This document shows, piece by piece, positions 7,458-16,561 of a stretch of 64,000 nt of DNA (its first letter is position 1; each line of letters opens with the position of its first letter). Location: the NCBI GenBank assembly GCA_017514235.1, contig JAFWKK010000026.1:114-64113 (forward strand), in the 5' to 3' direction. A program made the translations under genes and the position numbers. Below the pieces are notes generated by a model. That model saw only the letters and a program-made list of their open reading frames with translations, searched no databases and was not told the DNA's origin. Origin of the DNA: Kiritimatiellia bacterium. GTDB taxonomy: Bacteria > Verrucomicrobiota > Kiritimatiellia > RFP12 > UBA1067.

Positions 7458-10226
7458 ATGAAATCGTGGAACGAGATTCGCAAGGCGGCAACGGCGTTCT
7501 CGAAACGTTGGAAAGACGCATACGATGAGAAGAGCCAGGCGCAGAGCTTCCTAAAGGAGTTCTTTGCAGTCTTCGGCGTTGATATCGTCCTGTTTAACAC
7601 ATTTGAGCATCGCGTGAAGTTTGGCGACGGCTCGCAGGGCTATGCCGACTGCTTTTGGCAGGGCAAGATACTCGTCGAAATGAAGTCTCGCGGCAAAGAC
7701 CTCGACGTGGCATACTCACAGGCCCTCGACTACGTTCGCGCCTTGTCCGACGTCTCGCAGGCGCCTCGCGCGATAGTAGTGAGCGACTTCGTCCGTGTTC
7801 GCTTCTACGACCTTGCCAACGACTGTGCGCTCACCGAGTTTGCGCTAAAGGACTTGCGCAAGTTCGTGACGCTCTTCGGCTACATGATCGGCGCTGACGA
7901 ACGCGCCGAAATCCGCGAGCAGGATCCCGTGAACCGCAAGGCCGCGGAGAAGATGGCGAAGCTGCACGACGCGATGAAGGCCGTCGGCTACACGGGCCAT
8001 CCGCTCGAAGTGTATCTTGTGCGGCTTCTCTTCTGCCTTTTCGCCGAAGACACCGGAATATTCAAGCCAAACCAGTTTGGCGACTTCATAGAGCAGCGGA
8101 CTTCCGCCGACGGCAGCGACCTCGCGGCGAAGCTCGCCGAACTTTTCCAGGTGCTGAACACTCCGCCGGAGAAACGTCTTGCGACGCGTGACGAGTCGCT
8201 GGCGGCGTTTCCGTATGTGAACGGCGGCCTGTTCGCAGAATGCCTGCCCATCGCGGCGTTCTCGCCCGAAATGCGCCGCGCTATTCTTGATTGCGGCGAA
8301 CTCGATTGGTCGAAGATATCTCCTGCCATCTTCGGCGCGATGTTTCAGGGCGTGATGGACGAGAAGGCCCGGCATGACCTCGGCGCGCACTACACGAGCG
8401 AAGAGAACATCCTCAAGCTCATCAAGCCTCTTTTTCTTGATGCGCTTCGCGTGGAGTTTGACGGCATCTGCGCGCTCAGGGGCAATTCGCGTCCGTCGCG
8501 CCTCAGGGCGTTTCACGACAAGATTGCCTCGCTCACGTTTCTCGACCCAGCCTGCGGATGCGGCAACTTCCTTCTCATCGGGTACCGTGAACTGCGCCAC
8601 ATCGAGATGGATGTCCTGGACGAATTGCACAAGGACGACCCGTCGCTCGTTCTCGACGTCACCCAGCTCTGCAAGGTCAACGTCTCGCAGTTCTACGGAA
8701 TCGAGATCGAGCCGTTCCCCGCCGAAATCGCCAAGGTCGCGCTTTGGCTCATGGATCACCTCTGCAACATGGAGGTGGCAGACCGCTTCGGCCAGTATTT
8801 CGCCCGCATCCCGATCAAAGACTCCCCGCACATTGTCTGTGCCAACGCGCTCACGACTGACTGGCCTCGCACCGACTACATCATGGGCAATCCGCCGTTC
8901 TTGGGACGGATGCAGAAGAGCGCGGAGCAACAGGCGGAGATCGACAGGTTCTTTGATTACAAGGACGTCGACTTTGTGGCCTGCTGGCATGCGAAGGCGG
9001 CAGAATGTAGCTTCCTTGCCGCAAAGGACGGAAGGAGCACAGGTGTTGCATTAGTCTCGACCAATTCCATCACGCAGGGAGAGCAGGTGGCTCCGCTTTG
9101 GCGAACCCTCGGAAAGTTTGGGGTAAAGATCGATTTCGCTTATCGAACTTTCAGGTGGCACAACGAAGCAAAGGGGGTTGCCGCCGTCCATTGCGTGATA
9201 ATTGGATTCCACTCAGGATGTCCCGTAGAGACCGCAGAGAAGTATCCCGCCCTGCGTACCATGCGGGAGAAAGCAAGGACAATCTACGACTCCGACGGAA
9301 CCGCGATTTCCGCATCGCACATAAACGGCTATCTTGTAGATGCACCTGACATCATTGTGGAAAGTCACAGCAAACCGCTTTGCGATGTTCCTCGTCTTTC
9401 CATGGGCAACATGCCACTTGACGGCGGCAATCTTATAATCGAAGCCAACCAACTGTCGCATTTTGCAAAAACCGATGGTACGCTTCCGTCTTTCGTGAAA
9501 CGTCTTACAGGTTCGAAGGAATACATACAAGGACTCGACCGCTGGTGCCTGTGGCTGAAGGACGTGGAGCCGTCGGCCATCCGCTCGATGCCGCTCGTGA
9601 TGGAGCGCGTAGCCAAGTGCCGCGAATGGCGGCTCGCAAGCAAATCCGCCGACACTCGCAAGCACGCTGCAACGCCGATGATCTTCCGCGAGCAGAAGAA
9701 CCCCAAGACAGCAATCATCATCCCAAGTGTTTCGTCAGAAAGGCGCGAGTATGTACCTATCGGATTTATTGATGATTCTGTGATTGTTACAAATCTCGCG
9801 TTCGTAATTCCCGACGCGACACTCTACCACTTCGGCATCCTCTCGTCGCGGATGCACATGTCCTGGATGCGCGCGGTGGCCGGTCGGCTGAAATCGGACT
9901 ATCGCTATTCCAAGGACATCGTCTATAATAATTTTGTCTGGCCCGAACTCAGCGACTCCGCAGTTCCTCGTGAGAAAATATCCGAAGCCGCACAAGCCAT
10001 TCTTGACGCCCGCGCCGCGCACCAAGGCGCGACGCTTGCCGACCTCTACGATCCGCTCACGATGCCGCCCGATCTCGTGAAAGCACATGCTCATCTCGAT
10101 GCGCTTGTCGACAAGGCATACGGCCTAAAGCCAACCGCAGCCGACGCCGACCGCGTCGCCTTGCTCTTCAAGCTCTATGCAGAAAAGACGAAAGCGTGGA
10201 ATCCGACGGAAAATGGTACAATATGA
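7458..10226 (+). CDS. MmeI-family Type IIL restriction-modification enzyme (fused PD-(D/E)xK endonuclease, N6-adenine MTase, target recognition domain)
   Basis: YADCFW...VEMKS nuclease motif, HYTS, FLDPACGCGNFL (motif I), GNPPF (motif IV), GRLKSDYRYS and VYNNF C-terminal motifs; 922 aa is typical MmeI length. Confidence 0.93.
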   Translation: MKSWNEIRKAATAFSKRWKDAYDEKSQAQSFLKEFFAVFGVDIVLFNTFEHRVKFGDGSQGYADCFWQGKILVEMKSRGKDLDVAYSQALDYVRALSDVSQAPRAIVVSDFVRVRFYDLANDCALTEFALKDLRKFVTLFGYMIGADERAEIREQDPVNRKAAEKMAKLHDAMKAVGYTGHPLEVYLVRLLFCLFAEDTGIFKPNQFGDFIEQRTSADGSDLAAKLAELFQVLNTPPEKRLATRDESLAAFPYVNGGLFAECLPIAAFSPEMRRAILDCGELDWSKISPAIFGAMFQGVMDEKARHDLGAHYTSEENILKLIKPLFLDALRVEFDGICALRGNSRPSRLRAFHDKIASLTFLDPACGCGNFLLIGYRELRHIEMDVLDELHKDDPSLVLDVTQLCKVNVSQFYGIEIEPFPAEIAKVALWLMDHLCNMEVADRFGQYFARIPIKDSPHIVCANALTTDWPRTDYIMGNPPFLGRMQKSAEQQAEIDRFFDYKDVDFVACWHAKAAECSFLAAKDGRSTGVALVSTNSITQGEQVAPLWRTLGKFGVKIDFAYRTFRWHNEAKGVAAVHCVIIGFHSGCPVETAEKYPALRTMREKARTIYDSDGTAISASHINGYLVDAPDIIVESHSKPLCDVPRLSMGNMPLDGGNLIIEANQLSHFAKTDGTLPSFVKRLTGSKEYIQGLDRWCLWLKDVEPSAIRSMPLVMERVAKCREWRLASKSADTRKHAATPMIFREQKNPKTAIIIPSVSSERREYVPIGFIDDSVIVTNLAFVIPDATLYHFGILSSRMHMSWMRAVAGRLKSDYRYSKDIVYNNFVWPELSDSAVPREKISEAAQAILDARAAHQGATLADLYDPLTMPPDLVKAHAHLDALVDKAYGLKPTAADADRVALLFKLYAEKTKAWNPTENGTI

Positions 10227-11032
10227 GCATGAAAGGGAATGCGAGCTTTCCGGGACATCCGGGACTGGCAGGACAACCGGGACCCGCCTTCGCCAAGGCT
10301 TCGGCAGGCAAGCGGGCAAGTCTTGGGAGTCCTGTTGCGTTCTCTCAGGCGACGCCAAAGATTGTGTTACCGCATGGTGGATACAAGAAGCTCATTGTTT
10401 ATCGCAAAAGCGATGTAATCTATCAGGGAACGGTCGCTTTTTGCCGCCGGTTCCTTCCGGCGCATGGCGACCGCACCGTTGATCAGATGACGCAGGCCGC
10501 CCGAAGCTGCAAGCAGAATATCGCCGAGGGCAGTGCGGCGAGCGGCACGAGCAAGGAAACGGAGATCAAGCTCACGAATGTCGCCCGCGCCACGCTTGAC
10601 GAACTGATCGAGGATTATCTCGACTGGCTCAAGTCGCACGGATTCGCCGAGTGGCCGTCTGACGACGAACGGCGCATGGCCGCGCGCGATTACGCGAAGG
10701 CGCATGCTGATTGGCCCGATTGGCAGAAACTCTTCGAGACGCGACCGGCGGACACTGTGGCGAACCTGATGCTGACCATCTGCCACCAGACGCGCTACAT
10801 GCTTGACAAGATGATTGCTGCGCAGGAAGAGGATTTCAAGAAGTATGGCGGAGTGCGAGAGCGAATGCACGCTGTCCGCACGGCGGCGCGCGGCGAAGAT
10901 TGGGACAAGAGCGTGTATTCCCGGCTAGATGCCGCCGCCGATGTTGCGGAGCTTGCCGCGAGAGCCAGCGAAATCAAGCGCAAGGCAGATCAAGCGGTGT
11001 GGAGCATCAAGAGGCGAAAGGGCTGGCAATGA
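10223..11032 (+). CDS. Four-helix-bundle protein (S23/23S-rRNA-IVS/Avd-like fold) with suffix domain
   Basis: HGGYKKL..Y, DQMTQAARSCKQNIAEG, LTNVARATLDELIEDY motifs. ATGA overlap with the RM stop at 10223-10226; alternative start at 10229. Confidence 0.85.
   Translation: MSMKGNASFPGHPGLAGQPGPAFAKASAGKRASLGSPVAFSQATPKIVLPHGGYKKLIVYRKSDVIYQGTVAFCRRFLPAHGDRTVDQMTQAARSCKQNIAEGSAASGTSKETEIKLTNVARATLDELIEDYLDWLKSHGFAEWPSDDERRMAARDYAKAHADWPDWQKLFETRPADTVANLMLTICHQTRYMLDKMIAAQEEDFKKYGGVRERMHAVRTAARGEDWDKSVYSRLDAAADVAELAARASEIKRKADQAVWSIKRRKGWQ
10252..10332. repeat. 9-bp-period array plus CCCGCCTTCGCCAAGGCTTCGGCAGG hairpin core (5' copy, inside the CDS N-terminus)
   Basis: GGGACATCC GGGACTGGC AGGACAACC GGGACCCGC, then the core, then inverted units AAGTCTTGG GAGTCCTGT. 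Confidence 0.75.
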
Positions 11033-11033
11033 C

Positions 11034-11153
11034 GAGACGGCCGAGACCAACAGGACAACCGGAACCCGCCTTCGCCAAGGCTTCGCGGACAAGTCTTGGC
11101 AGTCCCGCTTGTCTTGGCGGTCCCGTTAGTCCCGGCAGTCCCTTTAGTCATGG
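11034..11153. repeat. 9-bp-period inverted array plus the same core (3' copy)
   Basis: 34-nt direct repeat with 10270-10303 (33/34 identical, at 11052-11085), followed by about six inverted 9-mers (CAGTCCCGC, TTGTCTTGG, CGGTCCCGT, TAGTCCCGG, CAGTCCCTT, TAGTCATGG). Confidence 0.8.
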
Positions 11154-11220
11154 CAATGAAAACGAGAGTTTGGCAACAGGAATGTCTAAAGGCAACAAAT
11201 AATAGAAGAAAGGATTGGCA

Positions 11221-12141
11221 ATGATGATCGGAAGAAGAAAATGCATTTGTTTTGTCTTGGCCTGTGTCGCCGCGTCGTTCGTGACGGGCGCAATGGCTGC
11301 CACGGACCCTCGCGCGGGAGAGCCGGAGGGCGAGCGCATAGCGCTCTGGCCGGAGGGCAAGGTGCCGTCCCTTGAGGAGCATCAGTACAACGAGCCGTTC
11401 ATCGAATGGTTCGTGCCTTCAAACAAGACCACTGACGCCGTGATGATAGTGACGTGCGGCGGAGGATACGGCATCTGCAACTGGGTGCCGACCGGGTCGA
11501 TGGGAGGGGGATTCCGCGACTGGCTGCTTGAGAAGGGGATGACGGTCGTGCGCCTGCACCACAGGACGCCGCGTCCGAAGAAGGTCGCGAAGCACGTCAC
11601 GGCATGGCAGGACGCGCAAAGGGCCGTCCGGCTGGTGCGCCACGGCGCGGCGGCGCATGGGGTCAGCCCGGACAAGATCGGCTTCTTCGGCTATTCCGCC
11701 GCCGGACACCTTGCGCTTCTGATGGCGCTTTCCTCGCAGACCGGCACCTACGAGCCGATCGACGAGATAGACTCCCTGCCCTGTAACATAGCCTTTGCGG
11801 CGCCTGCGTATCCGGCGTATGTGCTGTCCGACGGCGTGAACAGCGTGAACACCCACGGCGGCGACCTCGCCGAGGACGTCATACTTCCCGAGTTCAAGTT
11901 TGATTCTGCGACGTGTCCTGTGTTCTTCATGCACGGCGATGCCGACGTAATCTCGCCGATGGGGAGCGTCAAGGTCTATTCGCGGCTGCACGCGATGCAT
12001 GTTCCGTGCGACCTTCACGTGTTCGCGAAGCGTGACCACGACTTCAAGTCCAAAGGCGCGATCAAGGGGAAGTTCCTTGCGTGGCGTCCGCTCCTCTGGG
12101 ACTGGCTAGTGCAGATGGGCTTCTGCGGCGATGCCTCATGA
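11221..12141 (+). CDS. Secreted alpha/beta hydrolase (BD-FAE-like carbohydrate esterase)
   Basis: Signal peptide; GGGY oxyanion motif; GYSAAG nucleophile; HGDAD and DH as likely triad Asp/His. Confidence 0.8.
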   Translation: MMIGRRKCICFVLACVAASFVTGAMAATDPRAGEPEGERIALWPEGKVPSLEEHQYNEPFIEWFVPSNKTTDAVMIVTCGGGYGICNWVPTGSMGGGFRDWLLEKGMTVVRLHHRTPRPKKVAKHVTAWQDAQRAVRLVRHGAAAHGVSPDKIGFFGYSAAGHLALLMALSSQTGTYEPIDEIDSLPCNIAFAAPAYPAYVLSDGVNSVNTHGGDLAEDVILPEFKFDSATCPVFFMHGDADVISPMGSVKVYSRLHAMHVPCDLHVFAKRDHDFKSKGAIKGKFLAWRPLLWDWLVQMGFCGDAS

Positions 12142-13434
12142 CGGCACGCCGGGCACCAGCATGTACGGCTGGGAGAAAAGCTCCTCGTTGCTGCCGTCAA
12201 GGGCGTACGCCTTCACGCGCGCGAACATGTGCACGGCGTTGCGCGGCCCGGCGGCACGGCCAGGCTTCCCCATGGTCCACTTGATCGAAGTTCCGCTCTT
12301 GACTTCCTCTACCGGGCCGAGCGCAGTGATCACCTGCAGGCGCGCGGGCTTGTCCGTCTCGGCCTCGACCGTCGTGCCCTTGAACGTTATGCGCGTGAAC
12401 TTCAGTTCGTTAAGTCCGCGCTTCGCACCGTAGAAGTTGCCGTCTCGGTAGGCCTTGAGGCATGCCTCCACCGTTCGCTCGGGCGTGAGCAGCACGTTCA
12501 CGCCGAACGAACCGCTCTTGATGCGGATCGAGTGGTCTGGCACGAAGAAGCCGAAGCATTGCCGTCCTGTTGAGAGAACCCAGTCCCAGTATGTCTCGCT
12601 GTTGCTGGTGCCGCCCTCGATCACCTCGATGCCAAGGACTCGCGGATCGTAATCGAGTATCTCCAGCATGAAGTTGCGGTCGTATGCAGACCACTTCGGG
12701 TGGTTCACCGTCACGCCGCCGCCGTCGGGGAAGATGAGGCCGGCGATCATGCGGTCGATGGCGGTCTTCCAGTGTTCGCCGGAGCCGAAGCTGTATCCGC
12801 CGCGCTCGCCGGTCTGGAAGCGCCGCTTCTGCCACTGGTCGAACGTGCCGGAAGCGAACGCCGAGCCAGGCGCGTTCATGTGCAGGCGCGGAGCCGGGCG
12901 GTCGCCGTCGCGGCGGAAGGAGTGGTGCTCGGCGTTCGGCGCCTCAAGGACGCCCTCCGGCAGGGGCTTGAATATCTTGCCGCCTTCCTTGAACGGATAT
13001 TCCGCCTGGAGCTCGGCCGGGAGTTCCTTTATCCACTGTCCGACGATCTTGTTCCAGTCGAACGGACCCTCCACGCGCTTGCCGTTCACCGTCACCGGGA
13101 AGTCGTGGTGCAGGCGGTAGTAGTTCTCCGTCATCTTCGAGAGCGGCCACCACGGCGCGCTCGGGTAGTAGTTGGAGAGCGTGAGGAACTCGATGCGCTT
13201 CAGGATGACGTCAAGGTCTTCCTGCGTCTTGCAGTGGACGTGCGTCGTGCCCCTGATCTGAAGCGCCGTTGTCCAGTCCACGTCCTTGTATGGATGCCTG
13301 TTGCGGGTTGGCACGCTCGCGCCGCGCCCGTCGGCAGGAGACGCCTTTGTCGCTCCCGCAGTGTCGGCATCGCAGGATGCGCATCCGCCCATCGCCGCCG
13401 TAGCGGCCGCCACCATGAATTCACGCCTGTTCAT
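12136..13434 (-). CDS. Tat-exported (lipo)protein with PHP-like metallophosphoesterase domain
   Basis: Start reassigned to MNRREF (twin-arginine) with lipobox-like MGGC; metal motifs THVH, NAEHH, NHP, PDHS. Confidence 0.65.
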   Translation of the reverse strand: MNRREFMVAAATAAMGGCASCDADTAGATKASPADGRGASVPTRNRHPYKDVDWTTALQIRGTTHVHCKTQEDLDVILKRIEFLTLSNYYPSAPWWPLSKMTENYYRLHHDFPVTVNGKRVEGPFDWNKIVGQWIKELPAELQAEYPFKEGGKIFKPLPEGVLEAPNAEHHSFRRDGDRPAPRLHMNAPGSAFASGTFDQWQKRRFQTGERGGYSFGSGEHWKTAIDRMIAGLIFPDGGGVTVNHPKWSAYDRNFMLEILDYDPRVLGIEVIEGGTSNSETYWDWVLSTGRQCFGFFVPDHSIRIKSGSFGVNVLLTPERTVEACLKAYRDGNFYGAKRGLNELKFTRITFKGTTVEAETDKPARLQVITALGPVEEVKSGTSIKWTMGKPGRAAGPRNAVHMFARVKAYALDGSNEELFSQPYMLVPGVPS

Positions 13435-13521
13435 CTTGCAATCGCCCTTCCTTTCACAGCAAAGTATATCATATGCCGGTTGACGACGGAAGGCGGTTTT
13501 GCGCCTAGGGATGAAAGAACA

Positions 13522-13530
13522 TGGTATAAT
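13522..13530 (+). promoter_or_regulatory. Extended -10 promoter TGGTATAAT
   Basis: Perfect match upstream of 13602, divergent from a TGATATACT on the minus strand near 13465. Confidence 0.6.
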
Positions 13531-13601
13531 ACGCTCATGAAACTGGGCGGCAAGATGGCTGCAGCAGGAGGAAGACGATTCAAAGAGGAAAGGGGATTGC
13601 C

Positions 13602-14474
13602 ATGAAGAAATATCTGACAATAGCTGTTGCAACCGGGGCGACGGCCCTGTTTGGCATGATGTCGCCGACGTCGCCGTCCCGCACGGTTGATGTCAAAGGC
13701 CCTGGCGGGCTTGCAGTCGTCGATCTGCAGGGCGGACGCATTCTCTCGTGGAAGACTCCTGCCGGAGAGGAACTGCTCTTCATGCCCCGGCAGACCGAAT
13801 CTGCCGACGGCGACTGGTCGCATGGCGGGATATCGGTTTGCTGGCCGTGGTTTGGCAAGAAGGGGGACAAGGCCAGCTCAATCCACGGCTTTGCCCGCAA
13901 CCGCAGACTTGTCGTGAGGCGGCGCGATTCGGATGGCGCCGGAGGTTCGTCCGTCACGCTGGGGCTTTCGCTTGCCGCCGACGGGGATCCGGATTTCCCG
14001 TATGCGGCCGACCTTGAGCTGACATTGCGCATGACAAGCCGCCTTGAGATGACGATGCTCACGAAGAACACGGGCGACCGTCCGTTCTCGCTTTCCGAGG
14101 GCATCCAGCCGTACTTTGCGGTAAGTCGCTATGGGGCGGTGACGCTGCGCGGAGTGAAGGAGAATGACTTTGCGGCGGTGGACGGCATGGACGCCGCGTT
14201 TCCCCGCCGCGGCGACGCTTTCGCCCTTGTCGATGCGGAGGCGGGGCGTGAACTGCGCATGCGCGCAAGCGGCAACACCGGCGTCGTCGTATGGTCGCCG
14301 GGGAACGTCGAGCCGCACAACCGCAACCTTGAGGCAGGCGACACCGAGCGCTTCATCGGATTGGGGCCGAGCTGCCGGACGAAGGAAGGCGCGATTGCGC
14401 TAGCGCCGGGCCAGTCGCACGAGCTTGTCTTCAGCGTCGAGGCTGATCTTTGCAATCCGCAGCATCGCCGTTAA
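13602..14474 (+). CDS. Aldose 1-epimerase family / hexose-6-phosphate mutarotase (YeaD-like), with signal-like N-terminus
   Basis: HGGISVCWPWFG and IHGFARN motifs. Confidence 0.8.
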   Translation: MKKYLTIAVATGATALFGMMSPTSPSRTVDVKGPGGLAVVDLQGGRILSWKTPAGEELLFMPRQTESADGDWSHGGISVCWPWFGKKGDKASSIHGFARNRRLVVRRRDSDGAGGSSVTLGLSLAADGDPDFPYAADLELTLRMTSRLEMTMLTKNTGDRPFSLSEGIQPYFAVSRYGAVTLRGVKENDFAAVDGMDAAFPRRGDAFALVDAEAGRELRMRASGNTGVVVWSPGNVEPHNRNLEAGDTERFIGLGPSCRTKEGAIALAPGQSHELVFSVEADLCNPQHRR

Positions 14475-15444
14475 GAACGTAGTCAATGAAAACCTTTTCG
14501 GTGTGGGCCACTATGGATTCGTGTCCGATGCCTTCGATGGCATGAAACGAAACCTGCTTCGCCCACTCCGGGAATTGCTTCAGGTACTTCTCAAAACTGC
14601 GGAAACGCGCATAGCGGTTCTCCCCCTGCCTCATCGCCTCCGGGCAGATGTCAAGGGACTTGCCAAGCACGTCTTTCGTTCCGCATGCGCGCCACACGCG
14701 ACGGCGGGAAAGGTTGTTCAGCATCTGGTCGCGCGTCATTTGCGCCGAATAGCGCGGCCGTCCCTTGATGCCATAGTGCCATGACACGTCGTCGTCAAGC
14801 CGCAGTTCGGTCGATGGAGCCATTGCGGCATATCGCACCTCCACGCCATCGCGCACGAAGCCCTTGCCGACGGCAGCATACCTGCCAACGAACTGTCCGC
14901 CGGCGGAGAACCCGGTAACGATCACGCGTTTAAGGGCGGGATACCGTTCCTTGTCACCAAAGGCCATCAGAATCGCATCTACCACATCGAACGAACTGAG
15001 CTTCACGCCCGCGGCATCTCCTCCGCCGCGCCAATCGTCGTCTGGCTTGCCGTGCTTGGACAAGTCCCATCCCCAGGAATCGTTCCATACGGCCCTCCCG
15101 TCGTCCTTTATGCCGTTCTTGACAAGGATTCTCCTTCGCGGAAAAAGCGGCGCTATGACATACGGAGCCGTGTTCGACGGGCCGACGGCATTGGCGAGCG
15201 CCCTTGCGAACGGTTCCACGTCTCTGGTGAGCCTGAATCCTCCGCCCCAGCCGTGAATAAGTATGGCGGCCGTCTCGCACCTGCTTCCGTCCTCAATGCG
15301 GTGAGGCGCGAAATAGTAGACCGGCGCGGGCGTTCCGGACACCTGAAACAATTTGAACGCCGGTTCCGCGTCCGAATCCCCGGCTGCGACAAGGCGAACC
15401 GCCGAGAGGGAGGCCAAAGCGAAAATCATTTTTGCGCGACGCAT
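14431..15444 (-). CDS. Secreted alpha/beta hydrolase
   Basis: Signal peptide; LIHG, GFSAGG nucleophile elbow, GIGHE. Its 3' end overlaps the convergent epimerase gene by 44 nt. Confidence 0.7.
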   Translation of the reverse strand: MRRAKMIFALASLSAVRLVAAGDSDAEPAFKLFQVSGTPAPVYYFAPHRIEDGSRCETAAILIHGWGGGFRLTRDVEPFARALANAVGPSNTAPYVIAPLFPRRRILVKNGIKDDGRAVWNDSWGWDLSKHGKPDDDWRGGGDAAGVKLSSFDVVDAILMAFGDKERYPALKRVIVTGFSAGGQFVGRYAAVGKGFVRDGVEVRYAAMAPSTELRLDDDVSWHYGIKGRPRYSAQMTRDQMLNNLSRRRVWRACGTKDVLGKSLDICPEAMRQGENRYARFRSFEKYLKQFPEWAKQVSFHAIEGIGHESIVAHTEKVFIDYVLNGDAADCKDQPRR

Positions 15445-15457
15445 GTTGCTGCCTTTC

Positions 15458-16561
15458 TTACACTTTCAGATATACCCGATGCCGGTCAAGGAACCAGCAA
15501 GTCAACCAGCATAGCAGCACGATTCCTGCGGCCTCGACAAAATCCGGGCTTGGGAACCATGACGCAACGCCACCAAACAAGAACTGCGAAATCTGCCGGT
15601 AGCCTACAATGCGCCTAAGCATGTAGATCGCTATCGAGTTCGCTCCGACAACCTGCAGGAAGAAGCACCAGCGGTCATGGCGCAACACGTCTATGATCCA
15701 GTAGAACAGCGCCAGAATCATGAGCGAATACCCGCCCACCACGAGCATGAAGCTTGGCGTCCATAGCTTCTTTATGATCGGACAGCTGAACGAGACGCCC
15801 CATCCGGCAAGCCCTGCCGCCAGACCTGAAAGCGCAAGATACAGAACTTTGCGTTCCGCCGTGAGAGAGCCGCGTCCTGAACGCAGAAGGTCGCCCGCGA
15901 ACATCCCCATCATGGCAGTGGCCGAACCGAAGAACGATACTGGCACTCCGGACGGTTCCAGCAATCCGGGGATGTAGAACTTGCCGGGCGTCAAGCCCAG
16001 CCTGTCAAGATATCCAGGGAAGCACCCCTCTGGCGTGAACGGCCCAAAGCCGGCCGGTGCATCAGGCGCCGTCAGCTGCAGAAGCGCCCAGTAGCCCACG
16101 AGCGTTGCGCCACATATCGCGAGCCTGGCTTTCACACCGAAATGGACATACCACAGCGCGGCCACCATCCAGGCGATGCCGATCTTGCCCAGTACGCTCG
16201 CATAGCGGAAATCCGTGAAGTTGAAGGCGAGGATCCCGTTATACACCATGCCGAGCAGAATCAGGGCCGCCGCGCGGCGGAATATCCGCGCATGGATGCG
16301 CAGAGGCGAATCCCCGCGCTCCACCTGTTTCGCGTAGGAGAACGGAAAGCTCACGCCGGCAATGAACACGAACAGGGGAAAGATGGTGTCGTAGAACGCC
16401 AGCCCCTCCCATTCCACATGATGGAACTGGTGCTCGAACCACCATTCCGATCCGCCGGGGAACAGCTTGCAAAAGCCACGCACGACCTGCTCCAGGCCGA
16501 GAATCCAGATCATGTCAAACCCGCGCAGGGCGTCTAGCGACCGCAGCCTGCCGGAGCTCAT
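15458..16561 (-). CDS. Membrane acyltransferase, HGSNAT/NagX (DUF5009-like) family
   Basis: RLRSLDALRGFDM N-terminal motif, IFPLFVFIAG, PIIKKLWTPSF, multiple TM segments. Confidence 0.85.
   Translation of the reverse strand: MSSGRLRSLDALRGFDMIWILGLEQVVRGFCKLFPGGSEWWFEHQFHHVEWEGLAFYDTIFPLFVFIAGVSFPFSYAKQVERGDSPLRIHARIFRRAAALILLGMVYNGILAFNFTDFRYASVLGKIGIAWMVAALWYVHFGVKARLAICGATLVGYWALLQLTAPDAPAGFGPFTPEGCFPGYLDRLGLTPGKFYIPGLLEPSGVPVSFFGSATAMMGMFAGDLLRSGRGSLTAERKVLYLALSGLAAGLAGWGVSFSCPIIKKLWTPSFMLVVGGYSLMILALFYWIIDVLRHDRWCFFLQVVGANSIAIYMLRRIVGYRQISQFLFGGVASWFPSPDFVEAAGIVLLCWLTCWFLDRHRVYLKV

Noticed and set aside
9221-9268. Possible REP-like insertion in the RM gene (GCPVETAEKYPALRT)
   Set aside because: Only two 5-bp stems, too weak to call without an orthologue alignment.
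7458-11032. Larger defence island, prophage or integrative element around the RM gene
   Set aside because: No integrase, phage structural genes, tRNA attachment site or further defence genes; both flanks are CAZyme or esterase genes.
10223-11153. Diversity-generating retroelement, suggested by the Avd-like fold and paired repeats
   Set aside because: No reverse transcriptase in the window. The paired repeats are 34 nt with one mismatch, not a ~100-nt TR/VR pair with adenine-specific differences.
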